Program-made: the position numbers and the translations under genes
Notes under the pieces: model-generated
Database searches by the model: none
Seen by the model: the letters and a program-made list of their open reading frames with translations, nothing else
What the model was told of the DNA's origin: nothing
Part shown: piece by piece, positions 25,719-38,870 of the stretch
How positions within the stretch are numbered: position 1 is the first letter of the stretch
Layout: each line of letters starts with the position of its first letter
NCBI GenBank assembly: GCA_053919585.1
Contig: CM132783.1
DNA: 64,000 nt
Reading direction: 5' to 3' (one strand)
Source: Euprymna scolopes
Lineage: Eukaryota

Positions 25719-26846
25719 TTTTTTTTTATAACATTTTCACCCCAAACAAAGCAAATTGCCACTTTGGTGTAGGGGGCTACTATCAGGGGCAACAACTACT
25801 GGGGTACTATGTAGGGATTTGGGCAGCAAGGTGTCGGTTCACGTTACACTTGAACTTCTGCACGTCAGTACTGTTGGGGAAGCAGGGACCTGGAATGGAA
25901 TTCCAGAATCTAGCGGTTCTGGGGAAGAAACTATTGGAGTAAAAAGATATTTTACATCTAGGGATCTCTACAGTGTCTGGGTGGGATTTAGCAGCCTGTC
26001 GGGTTTGTCGAGGGTGCTCACGTCGTGGGGGCACAAGTGATTGCAGCTCTTCAGAGCATTCACCACTAAAATACTTGTAGAAAAGGCAGAGGGATGCAAC
26101 ATTTCGTCGATGGGACAGAGGCTGAAGCTTAGATGCCAGGTCAGGGCCTATCAGGTTTGCGACTCTCTTTTGAGCCTTGTCAAGGAGCGAGAGACTAGTA
26201 GCAGAAGCACCAGCCCAGATGTGGCAGCAATACTCCATACATGGGCGAATGGTGGCCTTATAGAGGTACAGGATACTTTCGGGTGTTAGTCGTTTTCTAG
26301 CACGGTAGAGAGAGTCCACCTTTCTTGCAGCGGCCCTGGAAATGCCTTCAATGTAATTGTTCCAACTCATGTTTCCTGTGAACGTTAGGCCAAGGAGTTT
26401 GAAAGATGGACTCTCAGATAAAGAGTCGTTGCCCATTGCTATGGGTGGTAGAGAGGGTTTCTTGTAATTATTGAATGAAACTAGTTTAGTCTTGGCAGCA
26501 TTGAACGCGACCAACCACTTTTGTCCCCATTCCACTACAGATTGGAGGTCTTCCTCTAGTGTTTCTGCCATTTCTTTAGAAATGTGTTCATTCGTCTTCC
26601 TGTCGTGTCTGCCATAGAGTGTAGTGTCATCAGCATATATACCCATCTAAGAGGCAATGTTGTCGGGGAGGTCATTTATGAATATTAGGAACAATAGAGG
26701 TCCAAGGATAGAACCCTGGGGCACTCCCGCATTTATATCATATTGTTTAGATGTACGACCGTCGAGGACAACCTGGATTTTTCTCTTATCTAAGAAGGAT
26801 TTAATTATGTTATTTCTCTTATCTAAGAAGGATTTAATTATGTTAT
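25719..26846 (-). mobile_element. 5'-truncated CR1/Jockey-group LINE (family B), relatively young
   Basis: AGVPQGSILGP, one stop, then the 279-aa ORF 25807-26646 with YADD and LYLYKATIRPCMEYCCHIW, a 3'UTR and a short poly(A). Confidence 0.95.
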
Positions 26847-27384
26847 TGCAAAACTGTTCGCATTGATTTACATTCTATTAATTGCAATAGTTCAAGTCTG
26901 ATGAATAAAACCCATTTTTGTCTCTTTTTGTTAGTATATGACGCGGCTAATCAGAACTGCGGAAAAATCAACGTATTTATGTTGAACAAATGCTGTATAA
27001 TATTCATCATACTTCAAAGGCAACATAGCCTATCTTCACTCAGTAAACAACTTTTCACACCACCAATGCGCATATATAATTATAGTAAAACTCCTATATT
27101 AATCAGGGAAATATGAACTGGAAGTGATCCGAGTAGACGATAAATCTGCGACGAAGCTGCTTTGCGCTGTTTTCCTAGCTAAAACATGGATGAGATTTCA
27201 GTATTCTAGAGTTCTACAAAGTTTACATTCATCCACACATTGCTATCGTTGCTACATGTTAGCTTGTGTCATAATCATTAGCTTCGCTCTCTACCAGTTT
27301 TTACACAAATTTAAAAGGAGATCCTAATGTAATAATTCCCTCGCCTTTTATCAATTAAACCTATATTTTTACATATTCGTAATG

Positions 27385-28432
27385 TCACATAGCCCTTATA
27401 AGATATAACTCTCCAATACCTGCCGCACTCATACAGCCCAAGACAATAACATTCGCACCACCATGATTGAGTGTAGACATGACACACTTATATTTGTACT
27501 CCAAACCTGGTCGCCGCATCACGTGCTTAAGGCCATCAGAACATAAAAAATTTAAATTCGTCTCATAAGATAATAGGACACGGTTCCTGTAATTTATGAG
27601 CTTTGTTGACATGTCGTCAGAAAATTGTTTGCAAGCTTTACTGATTATTGCCCTCGGTAGAGGTTTCTCCAGGAGTGAAAGCCATGCCCACAAATTTGAT
27701 GTAGTGTGAGAGGTATGGTCTGTACATAAACAAAACTGAGCAACAACCTCTTCAATCTTGACAGCAGTGCAAACAGTACTCCAACACTGATCCTTCAAAT
27801 AAAACATTTGTTTATGACGCTACAAACGTGCTTTCCGTTTCTTTAGACGACGTACCCGAGACCTGTTTTATGCTCTTTTAAAATTCTGGGTGGCCTTAGT
27901 CACAGTGATTCAGCTCAGTTTCAAGGTGTTAGCAACCTTCTTGTTGCCTTGTGCATCTTTATGTAACGCCAGAATACGTTTTCTTAAATATCCTCAGAGT
28001 GGTAGTTGCCATGTGGTGGCATGTTAAAACTTTCAGTGACAGCTAAGAGAGAGTGTGAAAGATGCAATGCAAATTTGAATACACATGGTCCCTATGAACA
28101 TGTCGCATTGTAGCACTAATGTATCACGTTATGTTTTGGAGAGAAAAAGCAGTACTCAATTTAAACATATTGAGGTGTAGTATTTTTTAGGATTGACCTC
28201 ACTTTTTAGGAGGATAGTTTTTAAAGGAGTGCACTGACGTTCGTTGACAGTGTTTTAGCTTTTAATGCCTATATTTTGTGTTATTTATAGGCATAAATGC
28301 ATTAACTCGATTAAATATGCTGAAGGCACACTACTTTTCATTTTGTAAAACAATCATTTTTCAGTATTGTCCCATGCAGAGATATACTTAAATATTTGAA
28401 GAAATGTTTGGGTTGTTCTCACTTGCGTGAAT
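27385..28432 (-). mobile_element. Tc1-family DNA transposon, 5' part with long TIR and truncated transposase
   Basis: ATG at 28022 (MPPHG..SED.RKRILALHKD..KKVANTLKLS); LSYET..SDG..HGGANVIVLGCMSAAGIGEL; TIR-like sequence at about 28200-28432. Confidence 0.9.
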
Positions 28433-28632
28433 TTCATCCACAAAATAAACTGTTTTTAGTTCAAGAGTAGTCAATACGTGATGGGATCAATTTCTTAGTT
28501 CATGAAAAGAAATGACAATCAAGTTACAAGTTAATTACTTTTTTTAAACCGAGAATATATGAGCTACTTGGTTAAGGGCATGACCAATATTTTGAACTTA
28601 ATTGCGATATATTTTGATACATTATCTATATC

Positions 28633-28689
<57 letters not shown>

Positions 28690-31600
28690 AAAGTATACTA
28701 TATTTGCTTAAAGTATAATATATTTGCTTTATTTGCTTAAAGCACTGCAGTTTGTGCGAAAAGTATTTTAATGTGGGGGTAAGACATTATTAGAAGATCA
28801 CTGTGGGGTACGAGAAAAGGTAAATTAATGTCAATACTTAATGTGTCAATATTTATAAATTGTAAAATATTGTTTAACCTACACGAAATATCGGACCAGA
28901 ATTGTGTATGTGATGTTATGTTCTCAAATTTCAAAGGTATACTTCATTTTCTGAAAGAAACAAAAATATTCAATCATTTACACTGAAAATGGGCACTATG
29001 GCGTTCATTGTAACACAGGTTCGTATGTTTCTTTATTATTTCTGAAATCTGCTTCTTATTTAGTCTAGTCATTGTTAAAAAGTAGTGTAACGTATTTTAG
29101 TTGTACGTTGTTGTTTGTCATTCAATTATATTTGTTAATGTATATATTTTTCATATTAATGCACCATTTTTCTGTATTGTAAAATAATACGTGAAGGAAA
29201 TAACAGTTGTGGAAAATTTCGGAGTTAAGAAGAGGGATTTCCTTTGATACGTATTTTATATAAATTTCTATCTGTTTTATTTTGAAAATGTAATGTTTAT
29301 TAAGCTTATGTATTGCATGTTATTTTATTTACTTTTATTATTAATGTTTAATTGTAATTGTTATCATATAGTACTGTGTATTTATGATGTTTACGGTCGG
29401 AAATGTTAAAGAGATATAACGTTGATTCAATACGTGGAATGCTACTGTGTTTGTTGTTGTTTGATGTTTGTAAATATACTTCTTTTCTTCAACTTTCTTC
29501 TCTGTTTGTTAAAATTAATTTATATTTATTACTTTTATTATTGTTTTCTAAAGGAGTAAGTATATTTCACTTGATTATGTATTTATTTAAATGTGTAGTT
29601 ATGTATTTATTATATATACAAGTAGCACAATACACTGCGGTGATGTGGTTAACTTTTGGTGTATTAAAAATCCCTAAATGAGAACATGCACTTCTCCAAG
29701 TATATTTGTCTTCCAGACTTGTTGTTTCTTTATGCGTGCAAACTGCGTGATTGTCTGTTTTGTTGGATCTATAAGTGCATATATAATTATCTATTTAAGA
29801 AGAAATTGTGATTGAGTTCAGCCCAAAAATATAAAGATTTACTATCGTGTTTGTTGATGATTGAAAACGACAAAAGAATTGGAGATTAAACTTAAATTTA
29901 AGGCATGTACTGTTAAGCAAACAAAATCCGCACTTGTCATTTTTCTAAAAACCGCAAATTCACGCTAAATCAAGTGTAACTGTTTAAACACACTATAATT
30001 CACTTGATTCGCTTTTTCTTCCCATAGAGTTTTACCTGTTTATATTTTAATTTTAATTTACGAAAATAGTGTTCATGTAAATTAAAAAAAGTAACTTCAA
30101 AATAAAGAAAGCAAAAAGAAAGTTAGCAGCAGTAAATAAGCTCTAAACAGCTTTAAATATCTGCAACACTGGAAAAAAGCATATGAAACCGGAATCATGT
30201 TTATTGTAGTTTATAGACGGTAGATTTGTTCAATATGCCATCGACGTATTTTTAGTGATAATCAGGAGCTTATTAACCTTGCCATTTCTAGTTTATTCAA
30301 TCATGATATGGGCTGCAGATTGACATTGTATGAAAAAACTGTAGGAAAAAAGCAAAACACTGTAAAAAAAACAGCAAAACACTGTCAGTTTTCGTGATGC
30401 CGCAAAATCTGGTCATACTGGAGTCTGTTCCTACGGGGAAAACAAAGTTATCAAGATCCGCAGCCTAGTAAACAGATTTAAAACGCACCTCAAACACAAA
30501 CAACAGTTTAATTTTGTTTAAAGGTGCTCTGTTTCTGTAGTTAAGAACAGATTAAACAAATTTACTTAGCGAGGCTGTGTTATAAAAGGCAAGCCAATGA
30601 TTTCTGTAAAAACAGGAAGTGCTGGCTGGATTTCATTCGCTATAATAGAGGTAATGCTTCTTCATATTGGTCTTAATTAATTTTTAGAGACGAAAGCAAG
30701 TTCAATAGGCAAGGCACTGACGAAACAGTAGGTCTGTCTACGGAGATTACAAAAATGTACTTCTACGTAAACAGTTTAAGCGCTCCAAGGTATGGAATAT
30801 GAGTTTTGTATGCGGGGTGTTATTATATCCTATGGTCCAGGGTCTATAGTTCACTTTCAAGGTCGTTTTAATTACATTAAGTATATGGTTATGTTGGCTG
30901 AGCATTTCCCACCATTACTTTAGCCGGAATTTGGTAATATAGAATGTTCCTGAAGAACTAGGATTATCTGTTAATCGACGGTGTTCGGTGGAAGCATAGT
31001 TCCCCACTCGAAAAAAAAAAGAAAAACCGGTCGTTTTTGTAAGTCCCTGCCGGCCCTGGCCAATTGCGTACAAGTGGTAGCCGTCGGGAACATTGCCAAT
31101 ATATAAAAAAATCTAGTAAGGGGATGCGTATATGCGGGGTTAAACTAATGTAAAAGTTAATTCCTCCCACAAAGTAAAACAAGTTAAAAAAATAAAATAC
31201 AAAGTTAACGTGTGTGTAAAATAGCAAATGCGCTAAACTACAATTTTCTGTAGCATTCAAACTAGAGCTAAGTTTATCGTTATTTTTATCAATGCTTTTT
31301 GAAGGATTGGCGGAATGTGAATTTATGTATATTTCACCATCGAGAAAAGTTATTTAAGTTAACAACTTTGCAAGGTTTTCAGTGCCGTGAAAAAAAATCC
31401 CATACACAATTACTGCTAACGCGTAGTTTCTTATATATGAATAAATATTAGTTTTCAAACTCTGGAGATCACTGTAGGATATTCACATCACGTAAAAATG
31501 ACACCCACTTCATGGATAACTTTTTGTGAGGGGCACTACAATGAAGAACATTTTTCCGAATACTGCAACACTTTAACATCCCAACCAAAATCGATTGGAA

Positions 31601-32369
31601 ATTTAAAATTACGTGATGGGCGGACCAGACCNNNNNNNNNNNNNNNNNNNNNNNNNNNNNNNNNNNNNNNNNNNNNNNNNNNNNNNNNNNNNNNNNNNNN
31701 NNNNNNNNNNNNNNNNNNNNNNNNNNNNNNNNNNNNNNNNNNNNNNNNNNNNNNNNNNNNNNNNNNNNNNNNNNNNNNNNNNNNNNNNNNNNNNNNNNNN
31801 NNNNNNNNNNNNNNNNNNNNNNNNNNATACAGACACCCAGACACCCAGACATACATTCACGCAAAGGTGTGTAAGTGTGATCCACATATATCGGAATGCA
31901 CAGTTTCTAATATATGTGAAAAAGAGAATGTGGGAAACACGTTTTTTACACCGGATCGTGTAATGTATTTTAAAACAACTAGATCTTGCAATAAAAAATG
32001 TGTGTATGTTAGTGCTACATACGTGAATACACACATACATACATATATATATGTTTGTATATATATATATATATATATAGATATATATATATATATATAT
32101 ATAAACCCGCACGCTCTANNNNNNNNNNNNNNNNNNNNNNNNNNNNNNNNNNNNNNNNNNNNNNNNNNNNNNNNNNNNNNNNNNNNNNNNNNNNNNNNNN
32201 NNNNNNNNNNNNNNNNNNNNNNNNNNNNNNNNNNNNNNNNNNNNNNNNNNNNNNNNNNNNNNTGGTCAAATAAATTTTATATATTTTATCGCAGTAAAAT
32301 CTATATTGAAGTAAGAACAATTGAACACGGAAACTTAAACGAGACTAATAACACAGAAGAAGACATTTA

Positions 32370-32447
<78 letters not shown>

Positions 32448-32570
32448 TAAATGTCTTCTTCTGTGTTATTAGTCTCGTTTAAGTTTCCGTGTTCAATTGT
32501 TCTTACTTCAATATAGATTTTACTGCGATAAAATATATAAAATTTATTTGACCAAGTTTTGGCTCACGAT

Positions 32571-32603
<33 letters not shown>

Positions 32604-32898
32604 TTATGTATATATATGTGTATATATATACATATATATATATATATATAATAAAACATTACAATTAAATTTACCAAAATGAAGCCACATGGTAAAACTA
32701 AAGTATATTTTAAATATTTAATAATTAAAGAATTAATATTTATAAAGTAATCTCAATCAGATTAAAAAGCTCGATAAAACTAAGTAGGAGATAGAGCTTA
32801 TAATAAGAGCAAATAGTTAATAAAACATTTTAAAAACATTTTGAAAATGAGTTAAAAACATACTTTATCTGAAATGGAAAGCCTTAATAAGTGGATAG

Positions 32899-33006
32899 TC
32901 CTTAATCCGCGGAGTTTCGAAGAAATACATTCCTTCTAATCAGAGAGTAGGAAATTTGAAAATGCGGGATCGGATTTTGCATACAAAAGTGTTTTGAACA
33001 TGTTTC
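32899..33006 (-). mobile_element. third, decayed tRNA-head + hammerhead copy
   Basis: UCU-CUGAUUA-GAAGGAAU GU AUUUCUUC-GAAAC UCC GC GGA UUA|AGG, with an 8-bp stem II and palindromic stem III. B-box-like TCCGATCCC lies upstream. Confidence 0.5.
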
Positions 33007-35549
33007 ATTAACTNNNNNNNNNNNNNNNNNNNNNNNNNNNNNNNNNNNNNNNNNNNNNNNNNNNNNNNNNNNNNNNNNNNNNNNNNNNNNNNNNNNNNNN
33101 NNNNNNNNNNNNNNNNNNNNNNNNNNNNNNNNNNNNNNNNNNNNNNNNNNNNNNNNNNNNNNNNNNNNNNNNNNNNNNNNNNNNNNNNNNNNNNNNNNNN
33201 NNNNNNNNNNNNNNNNNNNNNNNNTTTTTACCTTTTTTACTTAATTTCACGTTCCAGAAATATTAGAATATATTAATTTAATCATATTTAATGCTAGCAT
33301 AAGTACTGTTTATTTGTTGGCGCTCTCATACATTGGGGGTGTCTGCCCCTGCAGCCGTTGAAATATCAACGTTTATATTATATATTGACGGTTTTATGAA
33401 ACATAAGAAATACAGATTTCCATATGCATTGGGTTCATAAAAATATTGGATACTAAAGTAAAATATAAGAAGTATGTAATTTTTTTTTAAATATGTACAT
33501 TTAAAATTTTCTCGCTCAAAAAAATATCTTCACATTTGTAGGAGCACGCGTACAATTGTTTAAAGAAAAAGACAACGAACTATATTAGAATTTACAGATG
33601 AATATTTCTACGATTTCTACTCGGAGGTCACTCATACATAAGATTTCCAACCATATGATATACTTCGTAAACATAGAAATTAGGCAGGATTTGTTCAGTT
33701 AAGATAATGACTCAATAACAACTTCATTTCAGAAGCGCTTCAAACAACTTCATTCAAGGTGTTGTGTTCCGGAGATGAGCTATTATGGGAAACAGGTTAG
33801 CGTATGGAATTTTAAAACTAGAACAGTTAATGCCTTGTTTTAACAATTACTAAACCTACTTAACATAAAAAAGATGTAACGTAAATGATCCACAAATGCG
33901 TATTTGTGGAATATAAACAAGAGGACAATAATAATTCAATGAGCGCCAGTATAATTTTTCTCAATTTTCATCCTATTAGCCGCCTATTTCTTTTAGCTGA
34001 AACCCAGAAACGTTTTTTCACATGACTGAATAACCTATAGAGATAATTTCAAGTCAGTATATAAAAATTCCTTCAGAATTGCACTCACAAACACAACAAC
34101 TACCGATCCTTATATACTAGTAGGCCACTGGTTTTACTGAATCGTAAAATACGCATACATTTTATATTTTATTAGTACAGAATAAGACATATGCATTCAA
34201 TATTGTTTTTGTCCTTGGCAGTGAACTTATTGTACTTAAATAAAATACCTTAGTTGACATCGAAACCAAAACCTTCAGACAGAGAATGAAGTACAGTAAC
34301 CATTAGACCAGATTGACACAAAGTGTTTTAAACCTACTCATGATGCAGCTTGAATGTTATACGGCTACGCATGCGCATTGATGAAACAGTTTATAAACAT
34401 GAAACTCCAATGACTCCGAGTAAACAATTGTTGAAATTCGACCTCTTAGTATCGCTTTTTACCGGGATAAACTGACTAAAAGATTTCCACATGTCTGAAT
34501 ACGCCCTATATGGTAGATTTTATAGATGTAGATAAAAATTCTGCTCATTATGTAGGTTAAAAATTATATATAATACACACACGCACATGCGCACATATAT
34601 ATCTTGTTAATAGGTTATTTTTTATTTTTAAAAGTTATATACAAAAATTAGGTTGCTTTGAAGATTACAGGTTCATTTATGCAATGAAAATATTTGATTC
34701 TTATATATACAAATCACAATAAACATTTAATCTTTAAGCAAGTGGAAATATGTTTTGCAATTTTCTTTTTTCTTTTTTTTTAAATAAACATTCATTCAAT
34801 GATAATATCATGAGTCTGAAAGTTTAATCATTCTCGAAGGCACCTCGATTCTTTTAATACTGGGTTCATGGTATTTGTGTAATGCTCCTATAATGTATTT
34901 ATTGTTATTTTTAACGATGTCTCATAATTTCACTGTAAGAAGAAAACATGCATTCTTTTATTTTTTTACTGCGAAAGCCCTAACATTTTAAAGGTGAATT
35001 TTATTTAAACAACATAATATGTTTACAACAAGATTCACAAAAAATAATGGTTTAATTATAATCCATGATAATTATTTAATAAATACTGGCAACTTCATAA
35101 GGAATGGTTAATTGCTTGATATTTACGGAATTGTTAGTATAGAGAGGGGGGTATGTTTTAACATTTTGAGCATTTGTTATTTATTTTGCACGTATGACAT
35201 TTACACGGTGTCCATTTTTATCAAATTGTTAGGTAAAACTACAGTTAAAATTAAGATACCTTACTATCTAAATATTAGAAATTGCATTATAAATAATAAG
35301 TTTATTATGTTGCAGCAAAACTACAGTAAGTATGGAAAAAAACTAAGAAAACCTAGCATATTTACATGCTTAACTATGGATAAAATTCCCAATTACTTAA
35401 TAACAATTAATAACACGTGTAGCATTTACACATCCCTGAAGTTTTTTTACCTGGTTTTAAAGAAGCACACTTTGGTTAAATAAAATAAAATAATTGTTTT
35501 AAATCAAATGAAAACTTCATGAATTTTATAAAATATGTTGTTACTCACT

Positions 35550-36890
35550 CCACACAAAAAGAAGCCATAAAATGAATTACATTAAACTGTATATAATCAT
35601 CATATAGCTTTAACAATGCTTGGTCTTTATTATTTACTGCATATGCTATAATTATATTTTAATGCTGTTGAAGTACGACTTTCTATTAACAATAGAAGAG
35701 AAAGCGGAAATTTGCATACGGAAATATTTTGCATTCATAACAGTAATACATTGCATGTAGAATATAAATATTTTTAATGAAAAATATTGCATAAAGTTTT
35801 AAAAAAGGAAACAGATTAATATAGATTTTTTTTAAACAGAAACCACATTATCTTGAAGAATTTGAGTGGTATGTTCCAAGAGATCATAGAATAGATATAA
35901 TCTAACCATTGCTACTTAGATTTTAGATTAAATTAGCAAACAAACAAAACGTGACAAATGTAGTATACTCACATTTAACATTCATGCTATTCTTTAATGA
36001 GGATTCAGGGATTAAGATTTTTATATGTAAAGTAAATAAAATGAGAACATATTTTCTTAAATTCCATGGCAAACATTTTGCATAATTGGAGATGCTCTTA
36101 AAGGAATGTTTCCCAGAAAGTAATCTAGTTTTAAATTTCCAGGAAATAACATTAGTATTAAATTTATTAAATTTGTTAAACATAATTCTAACAGATCTTG
36201 AGTATTACAACCTTTTGCTGGGTTTATTAGTTTAATCTTTTACATTTGTAGACTTACAATTATTATTGCGACGAGTAGTCATACTACTATTGAGAATACA
36301 ATTTAACATAAATACAAGACCGTTTAGAACCTCCCCGTTCAAGTATTGTATCAGGTATTATTATCATATTTCTTTCTCAAATAGTATCCCAATTACGTTC
36401 TAAACGTGTTACAGAAATAGTTTGTTTTGAAACATGCTCTATAGCAAACAAATACCTCGGTAGAAAACAAAATTCTACGAATTATTTTACTACACGAATA
36501 AGTTCATTTTCCTGTTTCTATGGACAATCTCCTTCTGTCTGTAATCTGATGTTATCGATTTCTCGATTTTTTATGGCGTATATTTTATAAACAATTAGTA
36601 CATTAAATCGATTAATATGCTAGGTCTCTTAACATTTTCTTTTACTCTATAGCTTGCTGAATATAGCACGATCAGTTGATTGCACCTATTGTAAGCTACG
36701 TACGAAATTTGTAAGTTTGTTATCACGAGTCGTCTCTGGTATTTGAAAATAACGAAGCAAACCGATATATTTGACTGTCACTATTAAAGATTTATATCAA
36801 TAAAAATGTATGAAAATAATCTACGCTGCAATTTATAAGTGTGAGAAACGCCGATCGTAATCATTTGTACACGAAACAATTCTGTTGCGT
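35550..36890 (-). mobile_element. THAP-domain / P-element-like transposase remnant
   Basis: Decayed THAP pattern NCFVYK*..YFQIP..RSLQ*VQSTDR..CTNC at 36890-36580. Downstream YVLILFTLHIK resembles the P-transposase (C)VLxFDExHIK motif. Confidence 0.45.
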
Positions 36891-37849
36891 CAATTAATGT
36901 AGAGCACTTGCATAAAAGGTTTGATAAACTTCAAAAGACAGGGAAAACAGGAAATCAGTTTAACATGTGAGTAAAAAAGGAGAATAAATACATGGTGTTT
37001 TAAAGCCAACATTATATAAGATAAAAAGCTTGAGGAATGCACAAAATTAAAGTAGAATAATGCACGGATGTGGAACATCAGAAAATTACTGAAAACAAAA
37101 TAACAATAAATATAGATGAATAGGTTCGTTAATACAGAATATTGCTTACAATGTGAACAGAAATAGCATTTTATAATAAATACAAGAATTCCTTCAATAA
37201 AAAAATATAAGAAATGTAAATAAAACATCAACCAAAAACGTATGTTGCTTAGCACGTAAAAACGAATTGAACAAAATAAAAAATAAATAGATTTATATAG
37301 GAATAAATATATGTAAATGAACTTCTTTAATACATACGTTAAAATAGCAGAATTTAACATTATTATATTGCAAGAATACAATGAAATGTATTTAAACAAA
37401 AAAAAACATTATAAAAAATTGAAAGCAAAAATGTGCAAAAGATACGACAGAGAGTATGCACGTACATAGAAATATTATTGTCTGAAACTAAAGTAATAGA
37501 ATAGTTCATATTAAAGAACCTGTAAACAAAGAAATAGCATTACATCAAGTTTCTATTAAATCTGTCAATCTGTTTGTATTTTTTGTTTTCCTACCTTGGA
37601 AAATTTTGTACATTTTTTAGTTACGTTTTTTGTAATTTACTTTACTGAACATTTCGGCAACGTTAGCGTGATGCATTAAACACCGAATATGTGTTTTTGA
37701 CAGTTTGACTGATGTTATTATTTACTATTACACACTCCATACAGAGAGAAGTAAAAAAAATAGATATAAAGGAACACAAAAATCTTAACGAATGAATTTT
37801 AAATGAAGTAAAAAAAAGGACATAAGTACAATGCATAAGTCAGATGAAA

Positions 37850-38870
37850 CAATACGTAAAGAAATACAACGTGTACTAAATCGGCAAACAAAAAAGTGCA
37901 GACAGGAAAGCGAAACATTCGATACAACACGCTTCTTATTGTCAGTTTTCCACAGTTAACTGCGTAACAAAGAAGTAGGGTGCCCCTCTTCACGTCGTAC
38001 AACACTAATGCGATCGAGTTCCTATACAACATTTGTGATTCGCAATTATCATCCATCTAATTTCCAGGCTTAACTTACAAACGCAAATAACAACAATCTA
38101 TCATGAACTAACTTAATTTAGAACCAAATCACGTCGAGCATGAGTAACATATTGAAGTCAAGATAGAAACACTCCGGAAATAAACAGATAAAAGGGGCAA
38201 CTAAAAACGTGACCGAATAAATCGGATATTAATAGCAGACCTATTTGAAAGGAAACGATAGAAATTCAGTAAAACGAATAGTGTAAATAAAAAAAAAATC
38301 AAATCTGAATTCAATCCTTCACTACAGACTAGTGAGGGGTAGTCGAATATTATTGTGTAAAAATTGATAGCACCCCTTCCCTCGTACACAACTAATACGA
38401 TTCGTTTTTAATACAACACCAGATATGCTCAATTGTTGCTCGTCTAAATAAATACGAAGCTCAATCTTGTTAAATAATTGAACATAAGGAAACGGATGTG
38501 ACAGCATGATTATTACCAAAAAAGCGGCATGTACTGTGGAAATGTAAAACAGCTGTGGATAAAATTCAAAAAAATGCTCGACAAGAAATGTAAAAAAATT
38601 GAGACAATATAATAGTATGACAATAAAATAGTTAATAACAAAAATGTGAAGATCAAATAACTGACAATAATGTGTCAAAGAAACATTTCCGCAGGCGATA
38701 ACAATATTAACCATGATTTGTACATGATTTGCACATGCTTTGTACTATTCATTATAAACCGGTAACTTGGATGTCAACGGACAGCATTGATAGACGAATT
38801 CCGCTCGTCCTCCTCTTTCACCATAAGCATGCTATCAGTTCTCGTCTTATTATCCTGCGCCTGTTTCTCA
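37850..38870 (+). mobile_element. Penelope-like RT remnant
   Basis: Decayed motifs DTTRFL (~37921), KQIKGA..IADLF (~38180-38245) and RIPLVLLFHH (~38795, compare PLE RIPLVLTYHP). Confidence 0.5.

Noticed and set aside
28937-29018. Possible host exon (AG..GT bounded, one open frame); also the acceptor-like site near 24325 and the ORFs at 24693-24930
   Set aside because: No recognisable protein similarity and no supporting neighbouring exons.
32263-32554. Perfect ~110-bp inverted repeat around (TA)n
   Set aside because: The arms are 100% identical, centred on a self-complementary microsatellite and abut an N-gap; most likely a gap-filling artefact.
36890-37399. 169-aa hydrophobic minus-strand ORF (also 38322-38714)
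   Set aside because: It is the antisense of A-rich decayed TE sequence; the F/Y/I/L composition reflects base bias.
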